A DNA stretch of 64,000 bases from Alphaproteobacteria bacterium (GTDB lineage Bacteria > Pseudomonadota > Alphaproteobacteria > UBA7887), in assembly GCA_965216755.1 (NCBI GenBank), contig CBDCGL010000011.1, positions 1,152,001-1,216,000 on the forward strand, read 5' to 3'. Within the stretch, counting starts at the first letter, position 1, and each line of letters opens with the position of its first letter. The translations under genes and the position numbers were made by a program. The notes beneath the pieces are model-generated. The model was given only the letters and a program-made list of their open reading frames with translations, was not told where the DNA came from and did not search any database. This document shows positions 39,488-48,100 of this stretch, in pieces.

Positions 39488-40747
39488 ATGAAACATCCAC
39501 AGGTAAGCCCAGCGGGCCGCTTCGGACTGTTCACATTGGCGGCCATCGTGGCTGTTCTGAGTATCGCTTGGAGCGCGCCGGTCGGCGCGCATGGTGAAAA
39601 AGCGCAAGAAGCGTTTCTGCGCATGCGTAGCTTGCATTGGTTCGATACGGAGATTTCGCCGCGCCAGGGCTCTATCAACGACATAGTCACGGTAACAGGC
39701 AAATTCCGGACCTCAAAGGCATGGCCCATGGCCATTGCCCAGCCCGACGTGGCGTTTCTCAACATTGGGGTCCCGGGTCCAATGTTTGTGCGCTTGGAGT
39801 CGTTCATCAACGACGTCAATATGGTGAATTCGACCAAATTCGAATTGGGCGCCACATACGAATACAAAGTGGTGTTGAAAGCACGGCGCCCCGGACGCTT
39901 TCACATCCACCCCCTGATGAACATTCAGGACGCCGGCCCGTTGGTCGGACCCGGCGTGTGGGTTGACATCGCTGGCGATCCCGCACACTTCAAGCATGAA
40001 GTGACGGCCCTTACGGGCGACGTCGTCGATTTGGAAACCTATGGCCTCGCCAACGTTGTTCGTTGGCACGCGCTGTGGTTCGTTATCGGCGCGGCATGGC
40101 TCGTGTATTGGCTGTTCTTTAAAGGTCGCTTGTTGTTGCCGCGCTATCGGAAAGTTGCGATGTTGGGCGATGATGCCGATAGCATGATCACGCCGATGGA
40201 CCGCCGATTTGCGCTCGGGCTATTGGCGGCGACGTTGACAATCACTGCGTTCGGCTTCTATTGGGCGGACGCAAAGTATCCCGTGACCGTGCCACTGCAA
40301 ACCGGCCGCGTCATCGTTCCGCCGTTGCCGGAACCGGATGCAACCGTCGATCTCAAATTGAAAGAGGCGAAATACGAGATCCCCGGCCGGCGGCTAACAA
40401 TCCAAACGACGATCACCAACGACACCGACAACGGCGTGCAGGTTGGAGAGTTTGCCACGGCGAACGTGCGTTTTATCAACGACGCAGTGCTCGATATACA
40501 ACCGATCGATTCACATGATTTGGTTGCGCCCAGTGGGTTGCGCATTGAGGGTGGCCCAATTCCGGCAGGTGAAAGCCGGGCGATTACATTGATCGCTGAG
40601 GATGCTTTGTGGGAGACGCATCGTCTGTCGCGGCTGATCTATGACCCAGATAGCCGCTTTGCGGGTCTCGTGTTCTTGTACGACGATCAAGGCAATCGCT
40701 CGGTTGTTGAGGTCGAAGGACCGATGCTGCCCACTTTTTCGATGTAA
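39488..40747 (+). CDS. pmoB: Copper membrane monooxygenase subunit B (PmoB/AmoB family)
   Basis: Signal peptide then HGEKAQEAFLRMR, LKARRPGRFHIH, GP..GPG.W, VDLETYG, VPLQTG, GEFATANVRF, LIYDPDSRFAG. Confidence 0.97.
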   Translation: MKHPQVSPAGRFGLFTLAAIVAVLSIAWSAPVGAHGEKAQEAFLRMRSLHWFDTEISPRQGSINDIVTVTGKFRTSKAWPMAIAQPDVAFLNIGVPGPMFVRLESFINDVNMVNSTKFELGATYEYKVVLKARRPGRFHIHPLMNIQDAGPLVGPGVWVDIAGDPAHFKHEVTALTGDVVDLETYGLANVVRWHALWFVIGAAWLVYWLFFKGRLLLPRYRKVAMLGDDADSMITPMDRRFALGLLAATLTITAFGFYWADAKYPVTVPLQTGRVIVPPLPEPDATVDLKLKEAKYEIPGRRLTIQTTITNDTDNGVQVGEFATANVRFINDAVLDIQPIDSHDLVAPSGLRIEGGPIPAGESRAITLIAEDALWETHRLSRLIYDPDSRFAGLVFLYDDQGNRSVVEVEGPMLPTFSM

Positions 40748-40786
40748 CGTGACCGGTCGCACCGGCGACACAAGGAGGAACGGCCT

Positions 40787-41398
40787 GTGGCAAGATTCCT
40801 GACTGCCGCCCTTGTTGTTTTGTTTTGCTTAAATTGGCACACTGAGGCGGTGCGCGCGCATGGTGGTGTGTCGATCGAAGATGACATGTGTGTGCTTACG
40901 GCTGGGATTTATCGCGCGCATTTTACTGGTTATCAGCCGAGCAAGCGCGGCGCCCAAGAATTTTGCGAAGATATCCCAGAGGTAAGCCGAGCAATTATTG
41001 TCTTGGACTATATCGACCGGAAAATGCGCGAGTTGTCGGTTGACTTCCGAATCATTGTTGACGCGCAAAGTATTGGCAACACCGCAACATATGCGGATTT
41101 GGGGACCGAAGACGATATTCAAAAAAACACGATTTTCTATAAGGAAGCGGAGGTCTACAAAGCTGGTACGATCACCGTTGAATACGACTTTGATACGGCA
41201 GGCCAGTATATTGGCATCTTGACGGGGATCGATGACGATTTAGGCGAAACCTATATATCCGTGTTTCCGTTCTCGGTCGGTGTCACGTCTTATGCCACAT
41301 ATGTCCCCGTGGCGCTGGGCATTGTGGCGTTCATCGGCTTAATCTACTACTTCTCCGAACGAAAAAAGCGGCAGGACGCGCAGCGAAAGACGGCCTGA
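40787..41398 (+). CDS. pmoD: PmoD/AmoD-family periplasmic copper protein with C-terminal TM anchor
   Basis: Signal peptide then HGG, DMC...HFTGYQP...EFCEDIP; immediately after pmoB. Confidence 0.8.
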   Translation: MARFLTAALVVLFCLNWHTEAVRAHGGVSIEDDMCVLTAGIYRAHFTGYQPSKRGAQEFCEDIPEVSRAIIVLDYIDRKMRELSVDFRIIVDAQSIGNTATYADLGTEDDIQKNTIFYKEAEVYKAGTITVEYDFDTAGQYIGILTGIDDDLGETYISVFPFSVGVTSYATYVPVALGIVAFIGLIYYFSERKKRQDAQRKTA

Positions 41399-41474
41399 TG
41401 TTGCGAGCCGCCGGTTCAAGTCGTGTGCACAATGCTGGTCGTGCTGCCGCCTGTTATGGGGTGAAGGGTCATTC

Positions 41475-43169
41475 GTGAGACTCCTAGTCCTCTTTCTGAC
41501 CGCACTCTTTCTGGGGGCAGTAGCCATTTTGCTCTCCCCGCCAAGCTTGTGGCCTGAAGGTTTCCGGTCATTTTACCACGCGACATTTGGTGAATTTGCT
41601 TATCGCGCGCCACCACCAAGCTTAGCCAGCAGCACCGATGAACCAGAAGCGCCTTGTGACGGTCACGATGCGTCTTGGCGCAAATCCCAGACCATCGACG
41701 GTGTTGAGATTGAGGCGTCTCTGGCCTGTAACCCAGATAATCCCGCCGCGGTGGCGTCTTTCGTGAGGGGTACGAACAACGTCTCGCACATGACGTTGAT
41801 GGAAACGCAGCTGGCACCGGACGCAGTGATCAAAGACAACGACCGCGACGGCGATGGTGACCCGGACGAAATCCACATACGCCTGGAAGTCGTCGAATTG
41901 AATGGCGGGTCACCGGATCACAACCAGCTCGTACCGGCCTATGCCATCGCGCCGGGTGTACAACCGGGGTTTTGGGTCTTCGCGCCGAAAACACGTGGCA
42001 TGGCAACGGATAACCTTGAGGACCTGATCGCGAACCGCCTATTGCGCGTGCCATCACCGGTCATTCGCATCGAGAAAGGCGACGATGTCCATATCACGCT
42101 GGAAAATACCCACTACATGCCGCACACGATCCACTTTCACGGTGTCGATCACCCGTATATCGATGCGAATGGCGAAGGCAATGATGGAGTCCCACAAACC
42201 AGCGAAAAGCCAGTTATGCCCGGTGAAAGCCGCACCTATGACATGAGCCCCCGACAGACCGGTTCAATGTTCTATCACTGCCACGTTCAGCCCGACGTCC
42301 ATATCCTGATGGGATTGCAGGGCATGTTTGTGATCGAAGACGCGCGCGCCAACAATTGGGTGCAAACCCTGAACGTCGGCGCGGGTCAAGTTCGACAACG
42401 GTCTGTCGCTAGCCATCAATCGTATGATCGCGAGTATGACCTGCACTATCAGGATATTGACCGAGAGCTGCATGAGCTTATCCAAGTTTCGAACGATCCG
42501 CGCCTGATCATCAAAGACGCGCACCGCGCTTACGATGTTACGGAGCGCACGGCCGACTACTTCATGCTCAATGGTCGCTCGTTTCCGTACACCTTTCGCG
42601 AATCTCTGGTGGTCGTACGGCCCAATGAGGACGTCAAACTACGCGTCGCCAATGGCGCGGCCGAGGGCATCGCCTTACATACCCACGGTCACAAAGTCAC
42701 GATCACGCATTATGACGGTGTCGAACATAATCCCGCGGCACAAATCACGCGCGATGTGGTCAGCATTAGCCCCGCCCAACGAGTCGATCTGTTGCTGGAC
42801 ACGACCGATGACGGCCTGCACAGCTATGGTGAAGGTGTTTGGCTGATGCACGACCATCGGGAAGTTGGCATCACAACGGACGGGATCAGTCCGGGCGGCA
42901 ATGTCGCAGCCATCGTTTATGAAAGCTTTCTGGACGAGAACGCCTGGCCAAGAACACAGGGCGTCGATTGGTCGTCGTTCTTCACGCCAGAATATTACGC
43001 ACGGCAATTGCCAGTTTGGCTTTCGTATGATCTGCGCGGCGTCCTTGGCGACACGGCGGCAGGCCCCCTTCTCACAGTTCGCATTATTCTGTTTGCGATC
43101 GCCATTGGCCTGCTCGTCGGTGTCATCATCTTGATCCTGCGCGATGTTCGGACGCGCAGTGGACAGTAA
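41475..43169 (+). CDS. Membrane-anchored two-domain multicopper oxidase
   Basis: HTIHFHG, YHCHVQPDVHILMG (T1 in domain 1), LHTHGH, WLMHDH; hydrophobic N- and C-termini. Confidence 0.88.
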   Translation: MRLLVLFLTALFLGAVAILLSPPSLWPEGFRSFYHATFGEFAYRAPPPSLASSTDEPEAPCDGHDASWRKSQTIDGVEIEASLACNPDNPAAVASFVRGTNNVSHMTLMETQLAPDAVIKDNDRDGDGDPDEIHIRLEVVELNGGSPDHNQLVPAYAIAPGVQPGFWVFAPKTRGMATDNLEDLIANRLLRVPSPVIRIEKGDDVHITLENTHYMPHTIHFHGVDHPYIDANGEGNDGVPQTSEKPVMPGESRTYDMSPRQTGSMFYHCHVQPDVHILMGLQGMFVIEDARANNWVQTLNVGAGQVRQRSVASHQSYDREYDLHYQDIDRELHELIQVSNDPRLIIKDAHRAYDVTERTADYFMLNGRSFPYTFRESLVVVRPNEDVKLRVANGAAEGIALHTHGHKVTITHYDGVEHNPAAQITRDVVSISPAQRVDLLLDTTDDGLHSYGEGVWLMHDHREVGITTDGISPGGNVAAIVYESFLDENAWPRTQGVDWSSFFTPEYYARQLPVWLSYDLRGVLGDTAAGPLLTVRIILFAIAIGLLVGVIILILRDVRTRSGQ

Positions 43170-43171
43170 CA

Positions 43172-44182
43172 ATGTTGCGACAAATAATCGTTGTCGGACT
43201 TGCTTTGTTGCCGTGCATCACCGCACCGGTCGAAGCACAACAAGAGACCGGCGCCGACGCGCAGAGTGACGATGGCGGCGTGACCGTGCCCGCCATGCTC
43301 AATGCGATTTCGCCGGACGGGGATAACGTCAACGTAACACATGGTCCCATTCCGGATATCGGTTGGCCGGCCATGACCATGGATCTGGGCCTGGGGCCAG
43401 ACGCCGAGATCGGCACTTTGGGACCCGACGATCCGGTCATGATGACGTTGGACCGCGATGAACAAGGCATGTACCGGATTCGGGAACTTCGCGCGGGCGA
43501 CGACCTCGAAGCCTCGACGGTCGAGGCGCTCCAGGCCGCGCGCGCGCGGACGGGCGGCGACGGCGGCGGCGACCATAGCGATCACCATGATCACGCCATG
43601 ACTATGGATATGGAAGGCATGGTCATGAACGAAAATGCCAACGAATTGCCCCAAGATTGCGCCGAAATCTCTGGAGACCACGAATTTGCGGTCCATGCTG
43701 GACACAAATACGCCCTGGCCCACGCCGGAACGATGTTCGGCTACGACCAAAACGTTTTTCGCGTGCCGGCATGTGCGCGCATCACGGTCACGCTCGTGAA
43801 CGACGACCAGATCCGACATCAGTGGATGGTGCACGGTCTGCCGCGCTACCTATATCAGCAAGGCATGTTCCACCTGGAGGCCGTCGGCGGCGCCCAAAAG
43901 ACAGGCACTTTCATCGTGCCAAGCACGCCACGTACGTATTTGATCCACTGCGATATCGCCCAGCACATGGAAATGGGCATGAAAGGGCAGCTCGTGGTCG
44001 CGGGTGGCGACGGCGATCTTCCTAGTATTCCCGGCGTATCGGGTGCGCGTCGACCGGACAATTACCGGCCGGGCGGATCGTCGTGGCGCATTGTCCTTGC
44101 GTGCGGCATCGCCGCCTGTGTCGCGGCGGCAATATTGGCCGTCGGTACGACTGTGACGAAGTCGCATCGGCGCGGTGGCTGA
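43172..44182 (+). CDS. CusF-like Cu(I) chaperone fused to a type-1 cupredoxin domain, C-terminal TM
   Basis: THGPIPDIGWPAMTM (H-x7-W-x2-M-x-M), linker DHSDHHDHAMTMDM, RHQW...HCDIAQHMEMGM. Confidence 0.85.
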   Translation: MLRQIIVVGLALLPCITAPVEAQQETGADAQSDDGGVTVPAMLNAISPDGDNVNVTHGPIPDIGWPAMTMDLGLGPDAEIGTLGPDDPVMMTLDRDEQGMYRIRELRAGDDLEASTVEALQAARARTGGDGGGDHSDHHDHAMTMDMEGMVMNENANELPQDCAEISGDHEFAVHAGHKYALAHAGTMFGYDQNVFRVPACARITVTLVNDDQIRHQWMVHGLPRYLYQQGMFHLEAVGGAQKTGTFIVPSTPRTYLIHCDIAQHMEMGMKGQLVVAGGDGDLPSIPGVSGARRPDNYRPGGSSWRIVLACGIAACVAAAILAVGTTVTKSHRRGG

Positions 44183-44260
44183 TAAGCGACCGACGCGCTT
44201 GTTCTGAAGTCCCGCGCGCGGCAACCTTAACCGACGCATGCGTAGGAGGTATTGGGACCC

Positions 44261-45130
44261 ATGATCCGATTTGAGGCCTTGACACCCCGGTTCGGTGTCG
44301 CCGCTTTTGGCGTCGACCTGGCCAAAGGAGTTTCGGATGAAGATTTTCGCAAGCTTGTCGACGCGCTCTATGAAAACCGCGTGCTGGTGATCAAAAATCA
44401 GAGCTGTGACAAACAGACCTATCTTGATTTTGGTCGGCGCTGGGGCAGGCCAATCCCACATGTGCTGGATCACCTGCGTATGGCTGGATTTCCCGAAATG
44501 CTGGAGATCGGCAATACGCCATCGCATTCGGTCGCGCCCGAAGTCCGCAACGGTGCCGCGTTTTGGCATACGGACCAGTCTTACGACACAGAGCCTGCCA
44601 TGGTCACGATGCTCTATGCGCAAAAGGTCCCGGCGGTCGGTGGTGAAACACGTATCGCGGACATGTGTGCCGCCTATGACGATCTCGATGACTCGATGAA
44701 GGCACGCCTGAACGGCATGGAAGCGAACCATTTCTACGGTGCCGGAGAGTTGAAAGAAGGCGAACATCGTGCCGCGCCATTGATCAACCCGCGACAGGCT
44801 GCCGAGGTCCCGCCGATCTGTCATCCCATCGTTCGACCGCATTCGGTGACCGGCCGCAAGGCGCTGTACGCGGTCGCCGGGACAGCGTATGACATCGAGG
44901 GTCTGGATAGCGACGCCGCGACCGAGCTGCTGATCACCCTGCGTGACCACGCCACCCAACAGAGATATGTGTATGAGCACAAGTACGAGGTTGGCGACAT
45001 CGCCATCTGGGATACGCAGCTGACCTTGCATGCCGCCAAACCCATCGATCTGCCCGAAAAACCTGAACAGGAAAGGCTGTTGTGGCGAATCAGCGTTCGC
45101 GGCACGCCCGGCGTCTACGCCCACGCCTAA
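44261..45130 (+). CDS. TauD/TfdA-family Fe(II)/2-oxoglutarate dioxygenase
   Basis: FWHTDQSY, P.VGGET, HPIVRPHSVTGRKALY, GDIAIWD...TLH. Confidence 0.92.
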   Translation: MIRFEALTPRFGVAAFGVDLAKGVSDEDFRKLVDALYENRVLVIKNQSCDKQTYLDFGRRWGRPIPHVLDHLRMAGFPEMLEIGNTPSHSVAPEVRNGAAFWHTDQSYDTEPAMVTMLYAQKVPAVGGETRIADMCAAYDDLDDSMKARLNGMEANHFYGAGELKEGEHRAAPLINPRQAAEVPPICHPIVRPHSVTGRKALYAVAGTAYDIEGLDSDAATELLITLRDHATQQRYVYEHKYEVGDIAIWDTQLTLHAAKPIDLPEKPEQERLLWRISVRGTPGVYAHA

Positions 45131-45148
45131 TCACAGGGATCTTTAGAA

Positions 45149-46231
45149 ATGCGGATTGACCAGCTTCGCGCGGATCGATTTCGGCTGCCGCTTCCGGTGA
45201 CCCTATCTGACGCGACCCACGGCACCATGGCCGCGTTCGAAATCATCACCGCGCGGGTGCGTGATGCCGACGGCGCCAAGGGCATGGGCTACACCTATTC
45301 GATGGCCGGTGCCGGCGCCATTCACGCCGTCGTCGAGCAGGATCTGGCGCCGTTGATCGTCGGCGAAGACGGCGATCAAATCGAAAAACTATGGCAGCGC
45401 ATGTGGTGGCACACGCACTATGTCGGCCGGGGCGGCATTGCCGGATGCGGTATCGCCGCGATCGACATTGCGCTCTGGGACTTGAAGGCGCGTCGCGCGA
45501 AGATGCCCCTATGGCGCCTCCTTGGTGGACACGATGCCAAAGTCGCGGCGTATGCCGGTGGCATTGATCTGCAATTCCCTTTGGAACAGTTGCTCGATCA
45601 GACGCGGTCCAACCTCGAAAAAGGATTTCGCGCCATTAAGATGAAAGTTGGTCGCACACGGTTGAGCGAGGATGTCGCCCGCGTGCGTGCCATGCGTGAG
45701 CTATTGGGTGATGATTTTCCCTTGATGGTCGACGCCAATATGGGCTGGACCGTCGACCAGGCGATCCGTGCCTCGCGTCCGCTCGCGGAGCTGGATGTTT
45801 TTTGGCTCGAGGAGCCGACAATCCCTGATGATGTCGCCGGTCACGCGCGGATCCTACGTGATGGCATGATGCCCATCGCCGCCGGGGAAAACTTGCGCAC
45901 GATTCACGCGTTTCAAGAACTGATCCGCGCCGACGGTGTTTCGTTTCCCGAACCCGATGTGGCCGGCTGCGGCGGTATTACGCCGTGGATGAAGATCGCC
46001 CATTTGGCGGAGGCGGCGAACCTTCCCGTCACCTCGCACGGCGTGCACGACTTGCACGTCCATTTACTGGCCGCGGTTCCGAATAAATCCTATCTTGAGG
46101 TGCACGGCTTTGGCCTCGAGACCTATATCGAAGAACCCCTGGTTGTGGTTGATGGATTCGCCACGGCACCGGAAACAGACGGACACGGGATTGTTTTCGA
46201 TTGGGACGGATTGGAAAAGTTCCGCGCGTGA
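45149..46231 (+). CDS. Mandelate racemase/muconate lactonizing enzyme family protein
   Basis: AIDIALWDLKAR, KMK, LMVDAN, WLEEP, AAGEN. Confidence 0.92.
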   Translation: MRIDQLRADRFRLPLPVTLSDATHGTMAAFEIITARVRDADGAKGMGYTYSMAGAGAIHAVVEQDLAPLIVGEDGDQIEKLWQRMWWHTHYVGRGGIAGCGIAAIDIALWDLKARRAKMPLWRLLGGHDAKVAAYAGGIDLQFPLEQLLDQTRSNLEKGFRAIKMKVGRTRLSEDVARVRAMRELLGDDFPLMVDANMGWTVDQAIRASRPLAELDVFWLEEPTIPDDVAGHARILRDGMMPIAAGENLRTIHAFQELIRADGVSFPEPDVAGCGGITPWMKIAHLAEAANLPVTSHGVHDLHVHLLAAVPNKSYLEVHGFGLETYIEEPLVVVDGFATAPETDGHGIVFDWDGLEKFRA

Positions 46232-46258
46232 CGCTTTCGCAAACCAACATTTGACCAA

Positions 46259-47152
46259 ATGACAACAATTCAAGCGGCCGCCGCGCCTGGTCCCGCCTCA
46301 CACAGTTTTTTCTCGCACCGTCTGCGCCTTCACTATGTCGACTGGGGCAACGAGTCGGCGCCGCCGATGATTATGGTCCATGGCGGCCGCGACCATTGCC
46401 GCAATTGGGATTGGGTGGCAGCCCGACTGCGCGACGACTACCACATCATCGCGCCGGATTTGCGGGGACACGGCGATTCACAGTGGGCGATCGGCGGTAG
46501 CTATACGCTGACCGAATATGTCTATGACTTGGCCCAACTGATCCACCAGACCTGCGTCGCTCCTGTCACGATCGTCAGCCACTCATTGGGTGGTATGATT
46601 TCGTTGCGTTATGCCGGACTGTATCCGGATAACGTGACCAAAGTCGTGTCCATCGAGGGGCTTGGCTTTTCGCCCGAGAAGATCGCGGAAGCCGAAGCCA
46701 AACCCGCTGATCAAAGGTTGACCGCGTGGATCACGCGCCTTCGAGGTCTGTCGGCACGCATGCCGCGGCGCTATCCTTCGATCGAAGAAGCTTTCCAACG
46801 CATGCAGGCGGAAAACCCACATTTGACGCCGCAGCAGGCGCGCCATCTAACCGTACACGGCGCCAACCAGAACGAGGATGGCACCTATAGCTGGAAGTTC
46901 GACAATTATGTGCGGACTTTTCCCGCCTACGACATTCCACAAGACCATCTGCATGCGATTTGGGGGCGTATCACCTGCCCCACCCTGCTCGTCAGGGGCA
47001 CCGAAAGCTGGGCCAGCGATCCGCTTGAGGACGGCCGAGCGGCGTTTTTCCAGAATGGCAAGGCTGTCAACATCGACGGCGCCGGCCACTGGGTCCACCA
47101 CGACAAGCTTGATGTCTTTATGGATTTGCTTGGCGATTTTTTAGCTGACTAA
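46259..47152 (+). CDS. Alpha/beta hydrolase
   Basis: LHYVDWG, VHGGRDH, DLRGHGDS, SHSLGG, AGHWVHHD. Confidence 0.9.
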   Translation: MTTIQAAAAPGPASHSFFSHRLRLHYVDWGNESAPPMIMVHGGRDHCRNWDWVAARLRDDYHIIAPDLRGHGDSQWAIGGSYTLTEYVYDLAQLIHQTCVAPVTIVSHSLGGMISLRYAGLYPDNVTKVVSIEGLGFSPEKIAEAEAKPADQRLTAWITRLRGLSARMPRRYPSIEEAFQRMQAENPHLTPQQARHLTVHGANQNEDGTYSWKFDNYVRTFPAYDIPQDHLHAIWGRITCPTLLVRGTESWASDPLEDGRAAFFQNGKAVNIDGAGHWVHHDKLDVFMDLLGDFLAD

Positions 47153-47161
47153 GCAACAGAC

Positions 47162-47800
47162 TTACGACTGACCGCCGAATTTCGCAAGGCCATTCGGTAC
47201 GATTGCGGACTGCATCCAATGCCGCTCCGATCGGATGTGAGCTTCTCGGACCCATTTGGCCACACAACGGTGAAATTCACCAAAGCCGAAAGCGCTGACG
47301 CGACACACCACATAGCCCTCACTGGTCGCGGAATCGACAGCAATCGCCTTGATCCGCCGTTCATCCCATGGGCCAAGATAAAAAACGTCAGGCGGGATCA
47401 GGTCTAAAATCTTGAACCATTGGAGGGACTCGCGCCACGACAAACAAGTATTTTCATCATTCCATATCGAAAACGGAATGAAGTAACTTGGCAAGTTGTC
47501 GTATGCAACACTATGGCGGGCATAGAGGTTTTCGCCACAGACTCGCCAGCCTTCGGGTATGCGATGGCCGATTGTTGCCTGCAACTGTTTGACCCATGAC
47601 CGTGATGAATGGTGCCCACTATCCAAGGACCTTGCATGCAAGCCGTCCCTGTACAACGTGGTATTCTCGCCATCCATCTTTTCAGTGACGACGACCTCCT
47701 GGTCCGCAAACTCCGAAAGGTCTTCAATCACGACATCATCTGAGCTCCACCCCGGTGACCACGGTAAATGCGGGGTTCGTGGATACTTGTAACGTTTCAT
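47162..47800 (-). CDS. Standalone ATP-dependent RNA ligase family protein
   Basis: KYPRTPHLPWSPG, motif I TEKMDGEN, ARS, GENLYARHS, EGYVV, VAKWVR. Confidence 0.85.
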   Translation of the reverse strand: MKRYKYPRTPHLPWSPGWSSDDVVIEDLSEFADQEVVVTEKMDGENTTLYRDGLHARSLDSGHHSSRSWVKQLQATIGHRIPEGWRVCGENLYARHSVAYDNLPSYFIPFSIWNDENTCLSWRESLQWFKILDLIPPDVFYLGPWDERRIKAIAVDSATSEGYVVCRVSAFGFGEFHRCVAKWVREAHIRSERHWMQSAIVPNGLAKFGGQS

Positions 47801-47914
47801 TGCAAAATATTCTGTGCGCGTTCAGTCCTATGCAGCCTGCGCGATCGAGATTCAAGTCCATACCATCGCATCAGTTGTGCATTCCAACAACAGGCGCCCG
47901 CTCCTATTACGGTG

Positions 47915-48008
47915 TATTACGGTGACAGTTTACTAAATATACTATATATAGTTGGCTCTTATTACGTTTCCGGACATATAGTGTATTTAGTAAACTGTCA
48001 CCGTAATA
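47915..48008. repeat. 33-bp AT-rich inverted repeat (REP/MITE-like)
   Basis: TATTACGGTGACAGTTTACTAAATATACTATAT (47915-47947) vs reverse complement at 47976-48008, one mismatch; 10-bp tandem duplication TATTACGGTG at 47905-47924. Confidence 0.85.
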
Positions 48009-48100
48009 GGGACCGACCAAGCATTGAACTTGACATTCTGATATACCATTGATATACGATAAATATATTTCTGATGGTCGATGGTGTGAGGATCACTGCC

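Noticed and set aside
37776-40747. Calling the operon pxmABC, or asserting methane or ammonia oxidation
   Set aside because: Gene order is C-A-B, not A-B-C; substrate cannot be read from sequence; no hao/cyc or mxaFI in the window. The pmo symbols are family labels only
41475-43169. Copper nitrite reductase (nirK) next to an amo-like operon
   Set aside because: HxxHxH, HCH, HxH and HDH motifs supply a full trinuclear-cluster ligand set typical of multicopper oxidases, not the NirK pattern
43850-45124. 424-aa minus-strand ORF
   Set aside because: Antisense shadow of the TauD and cupredoxin genes in GC-rich DNA
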